Below are positions 28,599 to 36,546 of a DNA stretch of 64,000 nt, piece by piece. How positions within the stretch are numbered: position 1 is the stretch's first letter; each line of letters opens with the position of its first letter. A model generated the notes under the pieces. It saw nothing but the letters and a program-made list of their open reading frames with translations. It did not search any database and had not been told where the DNA came from. Source of the stretch: a virus; IMG/VR virus record IMGVR_UViG_3300015371_000016, positions 1 through 64,000 of that record, one strand, 5' to 3'. A program made the position numbers and the translations under genes.

Positions 28599-30008
28599 TC
28601 AGGCCAAGCGGTCGAGCATGTCGCTCAATGCGACGTAGATTGAGGAAAGGCGATCGATCTGATCCACCCGCACGTCAGGCAACAACTCGGCATTCGCCAT
28701 GATAGGTTCTCCCTTAGCGATGCCCGTCGGCTCGCCTGATTTATCCCACACACCCAAACTACAGATAGCGAGATGATCGAGCAGCGACGGCTTGCCCTCG
28801 ATGAGCAGCGTCTTTCCGCCCTCAAGCTTCCGACTTTCGTTTACCTCAGGATCACGGAACATCACGTCGGGACTGGTCGATAGCGGATAGTCCAGCATAA
28901 GCTGCGCCGCGCCTTGGTCATAGATACGCGCCACGGCCCACACTTCATCCTCGACAATATAGGGCAGCATCAGCGCGCCGATAATGCGATTCTCGAATTC
29001 TTGCTGGTTCAGCACGTCGTCAGGCGGATGCTGCCAGATAACAGGCAATCCGTTGCAGCGGGCTAAGAAGTCTGGATTGAGGTACAGACCAGGATCGCGC
29101 CAGACGTGTTCATTCAGCTCGGGCCGATAGCTCGCGCCTGTTCCTGTGACACGAAGCGCGAAGAGCCATAGGTTCTCATACTGCTGAGGCGACGACAGGC
29201 GGCCCTCGGCGATGGCGCGCGCGATGTCCAGCTCGTCCATCCGGACCCGCTCTAGGACCAACCTGACGCCCGGGTGCATAGGTTCCGGCGGCTGGTCCAT
29301 CGGCGCCCATTCGAAGTCCTCTAGCTCGTCGCTGAGCGTCGGTTCGAATGGTTCCGCGACCCGCGCCTGGAACGTGCTGTAATCGGTCCCAGTCAGGCGA
29401 TCCCGCATCAGCATCGACATCTTGCCGTGCGTTACTGCGCCAATTTCCTCGCCTACTTCTCGGAGGGCGGCGGTCTCGGCACTCTCTCCGGCCTCGATGA
29501 TGCCTCCTGGGAACTCCCAGGTGCCACGCTCTCTGTGCTTGACGAATAGCGCTTGATCTCCTCCGTCACTCTTGCAGAAGAACATGACGCCGGCCGCGCG
29601 ACTCTGAGGATCGCCTGTGACAGGCGCCAGCGTCGCCACTTGCTCATCGGCCCGACCCTCCCTTTCGAAGAGCTTGCACCAATCCTCTGCTTTAATAACT
29701 CCTTCGACTAATGCGCAGCCGTCCGGCTCGATGAAGTGCTTGCAGATACCACAATGGCTCTGCGGCATGCCCTCACCGTAGTCCACAGCCTCTTTGGTCT
29801 GCTTCTCCGCATCATGCCGCTCAGCGGCGAATTCAGATGCCTCGCGCTCGTGCTCTACCTGTGAGATCGACGGCGGGACGTCGCTGGGAACGAAGACCCA
29901 CGTGAAGCCCTGATTGACGCCTCCAGTTGGGACTTGGACATACATGCTGTATTGTTCCTGTCCGGGAGGGTCAAGGCATGTCACTGTCAAACATAGCCCG
30001 CGAGCCAC
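28599..30008 (-). CDS. Prohead protease (DUF2213-like) fused to Nudix and HiPIP-like domains; start uncertain
   Basis: Nudix box GGIIEAGESAETAALREVGEEIG; RVTGTG...CNGLPVIWQHP...STSP...LLDHLAIC..GVWDK; CxxC...C...WC motif. Confidence 0.8.
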   Translation of the reverse strand: MARGLCLTVTCLDPPGQEQYSMYVQVPTGGVNQGFTWVFVPSDVPPSISQVEHEREASEFAAERHDAEKQTKEAVDYGEGMPQSHCGICKHFIEPDGCALVEGVIKAEDWCKLFEREGRADEQVATLAPVTGDPQSRAAGVMFFCKSDGGDQALFVKHRERGTWEFPGGIIEAGESAETAALREVGEEIGAVTHGKMSMLMRDRLTGTDYSTFQARVAEPFEPTLSDELEDFEWAPMDQPPEPMHPGVRLVLERVRMDELDIARAIAEGRLSSPQQYENLWLFALRVTGTGASYRPELNEHVWRDPGLYLNPDFLARCNGLPVIWQHPPDDVLNQQEFENRIIGALMLPYIVEDEVWAVARIYDQGAAQLMLDYPLSTSPDVMFRDPEVNESRKLEGGKTLLIEGKPSLLDHLAICSLGVWDKSGEPTGIAKGEPIMANAELLPDVRVDQIDRLSSIYVALSDMLDRLA

Positions 30009-30277
30009 GCCGCGAACTGACTGAAAGCGGTGTCGGTATCGCCCTAGCCGTCTTCATTCTAGCGACGTGGTTCGGCCTCGCTTGGTGGCTAGCGTCGTTC
30101 TCTTCCGTCGCTGGCGCGTTTCCAGTTTCGTTGGTTCTGATCTTACTAGGTGCGCTAATCCTATTTCTCTTTCTTGTCTTGACGCACGGTATCGGCGAGA
30201 AAGTCTGCGACGCGCTAGAGCGGCGCGGCTATCATCTGCGGCCTAAGCGCGCGCCGGTCCAGGTGACCTACCTGTGA
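29979..30277 (+). CDS. Two-TM membrane protein antisense to the head operon; start approximate
   Basis: Two hydrophobic segments in ORF 29927..30277; likely start MSLSNIAR. Confidence 0.5.
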
Positions 30278-30869
30278 GATCGACGGCGCACGGGACATCA
30301 CTCGATCATCTTCGCCACGGCTTATGGCTTAGGCGGCTCGGACCATCATAGCCGCTGCATTTGTAACCGAAGCGCCAGATCAAGGGTCCCAAGCTGATTG
30401 CGACAAAGCAGCCGACAAGTATGCCCAATAAGTCAGGCATCGAGTCCTCCGACGCGCTTGACCCATACATCGCGGCTGTAACGTAGCTCCGGGTCCTCAG
30501 CGAGCATGCGTGCTAGCTTGAACATGACAGACACCAACGTCGTGTTGGCAAAGCTCTCGACTAGAACACGCTTTCCGTCGTCGGATAATTCGGCAACGAA
30601 GTCCATGGTGCCTGCCCCCGCCTATTGTCTGCTGCCGACGCTGAAGAACCTTATTGTTGTCGTTCCTTCTGCACAGACCGTCATTCCCCAACCGCCACGC
30701 ATGAAAAGATACGGATCGGTCTCCACGGTGATTTGGCCGGATTTCGCCACCCAGCCACCACGTTCTTGCCAGCCATCCTCCAGGCGATAGTTGAATACGT
30801 AACGGCAACTCGGCTGCGCTGCATCCGCTGCGCAGGAAGCGATCAAAATTATGGGTATAATGAGATGTT

Positions 30870-31376
30870 TCACGCTGTCGCGTAATATAGGGCCTGACCG
30901 GACGGGAACCGAACAGGCGACAGAATGATTTCCATCGCTGTTTGGTAGCAGTGCGGCCAGCGGGTTTCGTCGGGCTTCCCTGGCCGCCAGCAGCGAAGAT
31001 AGTAGTCCCAGGCACCAGCCTGATCGCCGACGAACGGCAGAGGTGCTGGATCGCTCCACAATAACAGCCGGGCGAACGCTGTCGCTACTGGGTCGTGGTA
31101 CTGGATTGCCGCATGCGCCTCTGCCACTGGAATGTCGTTGGCCGCTAGCACCGCGCGCGACCAGTCAGGCACCGCTTCCAGCACGCCATCCACGCCTATC
31201 TTCTCGAACTGATAGTAGCTCAGCGCCGGGCCGCCGTGTTGCGCCCTAGCGTCCCAGTTACTCTCCTGGCCCGGTATCGCCATGAGCATGACCCTGGCCT
31301 CGTTGGTGTCCATGTACTTGGGAAGCAAATCGAGGCCGGGCACTACGCATCGGATTAGAAACTGACGCGGATTCAC
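30870..31376 (-). CDS. Endolysin (lysozyme-like fold)
   Basis: GQES...AQHGGPALSYYQFE...FARLLLWSDP...WDYYLRCWRPGKP, a pattern recalled from phage lysozyme-like proteins. Confidence 0.65.
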   Translation of the reverse strand: MNPRQFLIRCVVPGLDLLPKYMDTNEARVMLMAIPGQESNWDARAQHGGPALSYYQFEKIGVDGVLEAVPDWSRAVLAANDIPVAEAHAAIQYHDPVATAFARLLLWSDPAPLPFVGDQAGAWDYYLRCWRPGKPDETRWPHCYQTAMEIILSPVRFPSGQALYYATA

Positions 31377-31873
31377 ATCTGAGCCTTCAGCTCATCCAAA
31401 GCAGCAGCAACGCGCTCAATGCTTATATCGAGTGCACTGGCGATTGCACCAAGGCTCATCGCTGTTCCGTGTTGGCGTATATACTGCTGAACCAGCTCAG
31501 CGTCGCGGCTCAACGATGTCTCACAGGATTCGCGCGATCCGGCTCAGTTTCTGGCTTCTCCGCTGGCTTCTCCGCCGGCTTCTCTTCCTCTTGCTTCGGA
31601 ACTCGTGGAGCGCCTGGGTTGTTCGGATCGATCGGCTCGACCTCAGAAGGCGGAGCGGCTGGTTCGTCTTCTTGCGGCTTCTTAGCCATAATCATCTCCC
31701 TTGGTCTTAACGGTTCATAGTGCCAGTAATCCCAGCGCATTGCACTCACTAGCGAGGTGCGATCGCTGCCCTCTATCGTAGGAACGAGGTATGTGTGCCC
31801 TTCCACCAACGGCGAGATTAACTGGTCCGCTCGTGGATAATCGCGCCCATCGTCAGGCGGACGGCTGATTTTC

Positions 31874-32743
31874 TTAGGCTCTTTCTGCTTGCGCCGCAGC
31901 ATGCACGACATCCCTAGACGATGGCCCATACATATACGGCAGAGGCCCTAGCATAATGTGTCCGGTCTGCGTCGCGTAGCGCACCGCCTGGATGTCGGGA
32001 TGCGCAGCGAGCCATTCATTGATCGCGCTGTTGACCGTGCAATAGGCGATTACGTCGTCCACCAGGATGTATTTCGCTCGGCCGAAGCAGAGCGCGATGT
32101 CCTTCAGCGCGCCTTCGTGGCTGTGATTGCCGTCAATGTGCGCGAGATCGTACGTCCGTGACAAATGCGTCAAAGTGCCGCTATCGCACCGTGCAAGCCT
32201 CAGCTCGTGCTCCGGATACTCCTCGTGCAGCATCCCGTTCGCGTAGGTGATGTCGCCGATATCGATGCCGTGGTAGATCGTGCCGGCAGCACATCCTCGC
32301 AGCATCGCCCAGGCTGAGTAGCCGGCACGGACGCCGATTTCAAAGATGCTCTTCGGTCGCAATGCAGAGCATAGCTCGGTGTAGAGGCTGTAACTCGGCG
32401 GGAAAAGTTCGGTGCGCTGATACTCGTCGAGAAAGAAGTCGCCTTGAGCGAAAATGCGTTGCGGTAGCGTGCCGTTGCCTTCCCACTCCACCCACGGCAC
32501 CGCATTGAGCGCGTCCTGCGGCCCGATCGTGCGGATGAATACTATCTGCCGTTCGTCGCTGTCCCAGATTTCCAGGTCCATGATCGGATCGCCGTCCGTG
32601 ATCAGCTCACGAACCTCGAATCCAACATTGGACTCTTTGTGCGGAATACGATCGGACGGGCAAAGATAGACCGTGCAATCCTTGCCATTGCCGAGGCGCT
32701 GTCCTTGTCGTGCGATCTCGGCGAGGATTTCAGCGTCGGTCAC
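31874..32743 (-). CDS. Class I SAM-dependent methyltransferase (Methyltransf_24-like)
   Basis: FEIGVRAGYS motif I; DLAHIDGNHS...VDD; GTG start overlaps the MuF stop. Confidence 0.75.
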   Translation of the reverse strand: MTDAEILAEIARQGQRLGNGKDCTVYLCPSDRIPHKESNVGFEVRELITDGDPIMDLEIWDSDERQIVFIRTIGPQDALNAVPWVEWEGNGTLPQRIFAQGDFFLDEYQRTELFPPSYSLYTELCSALRPKSIFEIGVRAGYSAWAMLRGCAAGTIYHGIDIGDITYANGMLHEEYPEHELRLARCDSGTLTHLSRTYDLAHIDGNHSHEGALKDIALCFGRAKYILVDDVIAYCTVNSAINEWLAAHPDIQAVRYATQTGHIMLGPLPYMYGPSSRDVVHAAAQAERA

Positions 32744-34509
32744 GCAGGCAGTTTCTCCCGTGCGGTATCGAGCGCCTGCCTTCCACGTGCTGTCAACATG
32801 TCGTCGGGCAGATCGCGTAGGTGGTAGATGTAAACGTAATAGCAGCGGCAGTTGTGCGTTACGACTCCCTGGGCTACATACCAATTATTGATAGTTTGGA
32901 GATTGTAGACGTGCCCAGACCAAGGCCGGTTATTGATGTGGACCACATTGCTGCGCTTCGTAGCGAAGGGAAGGCTGTCTATGAAATTGCTGACGCCATT
33001 CACGTAAAGCCGACGACCCTCTGGGAGTGGCACAGGAATAGATGGATCGATCTCGGGCCAAAGTTGCCCCCTAGCCCGCGTATTTGTCTCGACCAACGCG
33101 CTATCCGCGCCGCCCATGACAGCGGTGAAAGTGTGCTCTCGATAGCCAATAGGTTTGGCGTATCGCGTTTGACGATCAAACGTCATATTCAGAAGGCCGG
33201 CGGACAACCTCGTACCCAGACTGAGGCAAATATCCTCATCGCTAGAAATAAGACGCCCGACCAACATAGTGCTGACGCCAAGGCTGCTCATCAAGCTAGA
33301 CGAGGCAAAAAGGCTTCGCGCACCGAATTGCTGCGTAGAGCAAGAAGTCAGTCCAAGATAATCGGGTACGGAGAGGCCGAACTTGTTACCGCTCTTACTG
33401 CTAAGAACCTGCGCCCCGACGTACAACGGCCTGTAGGTCCATACAATATCGATATCGCTATCGGTACCATCGCCGTGGAATTGCTGGCGCTGCCCACGCC
33501 GTGTCTCAGAGAACCCAAATTTCACGAGCGAGCTATATATTTGCTCAATGCTGGGTATTGCATCGTTATCGTCAGATTCCGTCCCGGCGACCTCTCCGGT
33601 AGCCTCGATGACGTGATCGCCATTATTCAAAGACTGAATAGGACGCCACCCGCACGGCGTAAGAATTGGATGATTTGGTGTCGCGCGGAGCGTTTTACCC
33701 GTGTCCGTAATCAGCTCGGTCAATTGACCGCTGTACCAGCGCCGATACGCTACTTCCACACCATCAGCGAATGGAAGCCTGGTATCTCCCGGTAAGCAGA
33801 ATATTTCTTCGCCCGGCTGAGTGATCTTGTCCGAGAAGCCCGCGTCTCCGGCCCGCATGAAGCCGCGTGTGTGCGCCCAGCTATTCCGGATCGCATACAC
33901 CTGCTGGTCGCGCTCCTTGTGGTCCTCGCGATAATCGTAGCCGGACTGGCGCCAGTGTGAGCGCCAGCGTGCGGCAATCGCTCCCGCGTCCTCTGCTAGG
34001 ATCGCCGAGACCGAAGCATTCAGCTTGTGACCCTGATCGATGATCACCCGTCGCTCGACGAACGGCAGCGAGGTCAGACCCTTGCGTATCTCCCGCTTCT
34101 GCTCTCTGCGGTCGAGCTGGTCGGTGCCGCCAATCGGGACACTGGTGGCCCAGCCCTGAAAGCGCCTCAGCGTGTCGTTGATCGCCTGCTCACGGTTCAG
34201 TTTGATCAGATCGGCTGACGCCTGGATGCGTCGGTTTAGTTCCGCCCGCAGCTTCGGCGCTATCCGCTGTACCGTAAAGCGATCTACACCTGGATGGCGG
34301 CGCAGCACCGTTCCTTCATCGATCAATCGCGTGTAGGTCGAGCCTAGCACCTTGCGCAGCTCTTCGGCCAATGAACGCTCTGACACCATGTCAGTAATGG
34401 CCGCCTCGCGGATCAGATCGATCCAATACTGCAAACGCTCTTCGGACTCATAGCCGTGCTCAGCGATATCGTTCAGCGCGTCAGTGACAACCTGGAAGAA
34501 CGTGGCCAT
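32740..34509 (-). CDS. MuF/SPP1 gp7-like minor head protein containing an intein
   Basis: IDQGHKL...WRSHWRQSGYDYREDHKERD...PGEEIF[intein]CRC. Confidence 0.85.
   Translation of the reverse strand: MATFFQVVTDALNDIAEHGYESEERLQYWIDLIREAAITDMVSERSLAEELRKVLGSTYTRLIDEGTVLRRHPGVDRFTVQRIAPKLRAELNRRIQASADLIKLNREQAINDTLRRFQGWATSVPIGGTDQLDRREQKREIRKGLTSLPFVERRVIIDQGHKLNASVSAILAEDAGAIAARWRSHWRQSGYDYREDHKERDQQVYAIRNSWAHTRGFMRAGDAGFSDKITQPGEEIFCLPGDTRLPFADGVEVAYRRWYSGQLTELITDTGKTLRATPNHPILTPCGWRPIQSLNNGDHVIEATGEVAGTESDDNDAIPSIEQIYSSLVKFGFSETRRGQRQQFHGDGTDSDIDIVWTYRPLYVGAQVLSSKSGNKFGLSVPDYLGLTSCSTQQFGARSLFASSSLMSSLGVSTMLVGRLISSDEDICLSLGTRLSAGLLNMTFDRQTRYAKPIGYREHTFTAVMGGADSALVETNTRARGQLWPEIDPSIPVPLPEGRRLYVNGVSNFIDSLPFATKRSNVVHINNRPWSGHVYNLQTINNWYVAQGVVTHNCRCYYVYIYHLRDLPDDMLTARGRQALDTAREKLPA
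32851..33798 (-). mobile_element. Intein (316 aa) in MuF
   Basis: Block A CLPGDT, block B ATPNHPILT, block F VYNLQT, block G THN followed by Cys+1; removal restores PGEEIF-CRC. Confidence 0.9.
32911..33795 (+). CDS. HTH + DUF559/Vsr-like endonuclease encoded antisense inside the intein
   Basis: GGAGA 8 nt before GTG 32911; two HTH motifs; GEAELVTAL...QRPVGPYNIDIAIGTIAVE nuclease-like core. Confidence 0.75.
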   Translation: MPRPRPVIDVDHIAALRSEGKAVYEIADAIHVKPTTLWEWHRNRWIDLGPKLPPSPRICLDQRAIRAAHDSGESVLSIANRFGVSRLTIKRHIQKAGGQPRTQTEANILIARNKTPDQHSADAKAAHQARRGKKASRTELLRRARSQSKIIGYGEAELVTALTAKNLRPDVQRPVGPYNIDIAIGTIAVELLALPTPCLREPKFHERAIYLLNAGYCIVIVRFRPGDLSGSLDDVIAIIQRLNRTPPARRKNWMIWCRAERFTRVRNQLGQLTAVPAPIRYFHTISEWKPGISR

Positions 34510-34524
34510 TCGTTCCTACTGACG

Positions 34525-34744
34525 TTGCGTTGCGTTGCGTTGCGTTGCGCAGCGGTGCGTGGCGGTGCGTGGCGCTGTGGAGAGGCGCGTTGCGGAGCGG
34601 AGCGATGCGGAGCGAAGTGGTGCGGTGCGGTGCGTTGCGTGGCGGTGCGCAGCGATGCAGCGCGGCGAGGTGCGGTGCGCGGCCGGGCGGAGCGTGGCGT
34701 GGCGTGGAGAAGCGCGGCGAGGCGTAGCGGTGCGTGGCGGCGCG
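34525..34744 (-). repeat. 5-nt periodic CGC-NN array (44 units)
   Basis: Plus strand NN-GCG in unbroken register; 37 of 44 triplets are GCG by hand count. Confidence 0.9.
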
Positions 34745-34750
34745 AAGACA

Positions 34751-35272
34751 TTACTTCCTGACATGAGAACGTCGTGGCGACAGACTGATCATCCATTCGA
34801 CTGCATTGAACGCGGGCAGATCGTTGGACGATCCGCGTGATACCTTCTCGATAGCTCGTACACCGCGCCTCGAAAGCGTCCATAGCGCCGCTTCGCGCAC
34901 GATCGAGTCCGTAGAAAACCGTGCCTGCTCGTCGAGATTTAAAGCGTCTAGCTCCACTACCTCTGCCTGCTTCCGGCCGGCGCCAAGTCGGTTATTGGCT
35001 CCCTTAAGATACCAAGAATGCTGTCGCTCGGCGATCTCTGGATCGGTCAGCCGACGCAGTCCGATCCTCGGACGGATGCAATCCCAAACTTGCAAATGTT
35101 CTCTCTCAAGTATGCGGCGCGCGGAAATCAGAAAGCCAGTAGAGGAAGTCACAGGTACGCCAGCTATCGACGATAGGTCTTCGTAAGTGAAGACTGATCC
35201 TTTCTCGTTCTGGGCCAGATATCGAACTAGGGCTGATGTAACCCCCGAACGCTCGAACTTGATCACGATCAA
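34751..35272 (-). CDS. Accessory protein of the RAMP/array cassette, possible winged-helix N-terminus
   Basis: 173-aa ORF filling the space between two arrays; AAGGA RBS (GTG 35266 is an alternative start). Confidence 0.7.
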   Translation of the reverse strand: MIVIKFERSGVTSALVRYLAQNEKGSVFTYEDLSSIAGVPVTSSTGFLISARRILEREHLQVWDCIRPRIGLRRLTDPEIAERQHSWYLKGANNRLGAGRKQAEVVELDALNLDEQARFSTDSIVREAALWTLSRRGVRAIEKVSRGSSNDLPAFNAVEWMISLSPRRSHVRK

Positions 35273-35280
35273 TCCTTATA

Positions 35281-35540
35281 TTGCGTTGCGTTGCGTGGCG
35301 GCGAGATGCGAGGCGTAGCGCGGCGTTGCGAGGAGGCGATCTGCGTTGCGTTGCGTTGAGGCGAGGTGCGAGGCGGTGCGGAGCGTCGCGTTGCGGTGCG
35401 CAGCGGCGAGCGGCGCTGAGGGGTGGCGCGTGGCGATGCGTAGCGTTGCGTGGCGACGAGCTGCGCGGCGGCGAGTTGCGAAGCGTAGCGTGGCGTCGAG
35501 CTGCGAAGCGGTGCGTCGCGAAGCGCTGCGGGGCGTGGCG
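35281..35540 (-). repeat. 5-nt periodic CGC-NN array (52 units)
   Basis: 260 nt in unbroken register; 41 of 52 triplets are GCG, most others GAG. Confidence 0.9.
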
Positions 35541-35546
35541 CCGATA

Positions 35547-36134
35547 TCAGACTTTTAACTCCTGCCACTCGAACTTGGTTACACGGAAGCGCCCATTGCT
35601 GCCGGCATTAGCGGGCCGTCCACGACCGAGGCCGACGATCATCCCGCCTGATCTGAGAGTATGCTCGAAGACCTCGGCAGTAATAATGTCATCGACAACC
35701 GTGAACTCAGCGACGCCGTGCCATTTATCGAATACCGGAAAGCGGCGCTTGACGCGCTTTCCTGATCCACGCACGCCGTCAGAATTGGCGTTGATCATAA
35801 CCATCTTGGCGTCGTCTGGCTTGAGCGGCTTGCCGTTCGCGATCGGCATATTCCCGTTGCAGATTACGCCGGAGGTAAAGAAGCTCTTATATGTCGCTCC
35901 GCGCCGGCCGGGCACCTTGTCGCCCAGCTTCTGCGCTGCGAGATCGATGCATTGCTTCAGTCCCATCTGTGGAACACAGACTTGCCCTTCCGCTGTCGTG
36001 GTGCACTTTTCCCGCCACGTCCGCGCGTCATAGTCATCGTGAGACTCGCGATCTAGCCACGGCGCTTCGTGCAGCGCGGATTGGCTATAGGGTGAGCCAG
36101 GAATCGATTCCAGATATGCTTTGCATGTCTTCAT
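35547..36134 (-). CDS. Stand-alone RAMP/Cas7-like protein
   Basis: N-terminal strand plus SPYSQ; VPQMGLKQCI helix; RVKRRFPVFDKW; C-terminal Gly-rich loop GGMIVGLGRGRPANAGSNGRFRV. Confidence 0.7.
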   Translation of the reverse strand: MKTCKAYLESIPGSPYSQSALHEAPWLDRESHDDYDARTWREKCTTTAEGQVCVPQMGLKQCIDLAAQKLGDKVPGRRGATYKSFFTSGVICNGNMPIANGKPLKPDDAKMVMINANSDGVRGSGKRVKRRFPVFDKWHGVAEFTVVDDIITAEVFEHTLRSGGMIVGLGRGRPANAGSNGRFRVTKFEWQELKV

Positions 36135-36174
36135 CCTAGATTATTCCTTGTTGCGTGCGTTTTTGTGACGGGAT

Positions 36175-36290
36175 GCGGTGCGGTGCGACCGAGTCGCGGT
36201 GCGGTGCGTTGCGTCGCGTTGCGATGCGAGGCGTCGAGGTGCGGAGCGATGCGTGGCGTTGCGGTGCGACGAGATGCGATGCGACGCGTC
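36175..36290 (-). repeat. 5-nt periodic CGC-NN array (~23 units)
   Basis: GCGNN units with one 1-nt register slip at 36190. Confidence 0.85.
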
Positions 36291-36469
36291 GATATCCCTC
36301 AGAGACCGGCCCGTCACGGCTGGTGCACGTTCCAGCGGCGCCCATAGCGCCACCGATCCCAAAGGAATTGGTAATATCTATCGTGCTCTCCAGGCACCGT
36401 GACGGCGGCGCTTTCGCCGGGCATGAAGGCACAACTTTATATGCGGGTCAAGCGGTTCCTTCTGTTATG

Positions 36470-36524
36470 GCGAAGCGTTGCGTTGCGTTGCGTGGAGTCG
36501 CGCGGTGATGCGTCGCGTGGCGGC
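36470..36524 (-). repeat. Short 5-nt periodic CGC-NN array (~11 units)
   Basis: gcgaa gcgtt gcgtt gcgtt gcgtg gagtc gcgcg gtgat gcgtc gcgtg gcggc. Confidence 0.8.
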
Positions 36525-36546
36525 GTAGTGACGCACCCTAGCAGAT

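Noticed and set aside
34456-36508. Many Arg/Ala/Cys-rich ORFs over the pentamer arrays (e.g. 34473..34883, 35269..35568, 35281..36033, 36136..36432)
   Set aside because: Translation artefacts of 5-nt repeats that lack stops; low-complexity products on both strands.
34525-36524. Canonical CRISPR array or simple microsatellite
   Set aside because: No 25-40-nt repeats with spacers; units vary specifically at two of five positions, unlike slippage repeats.
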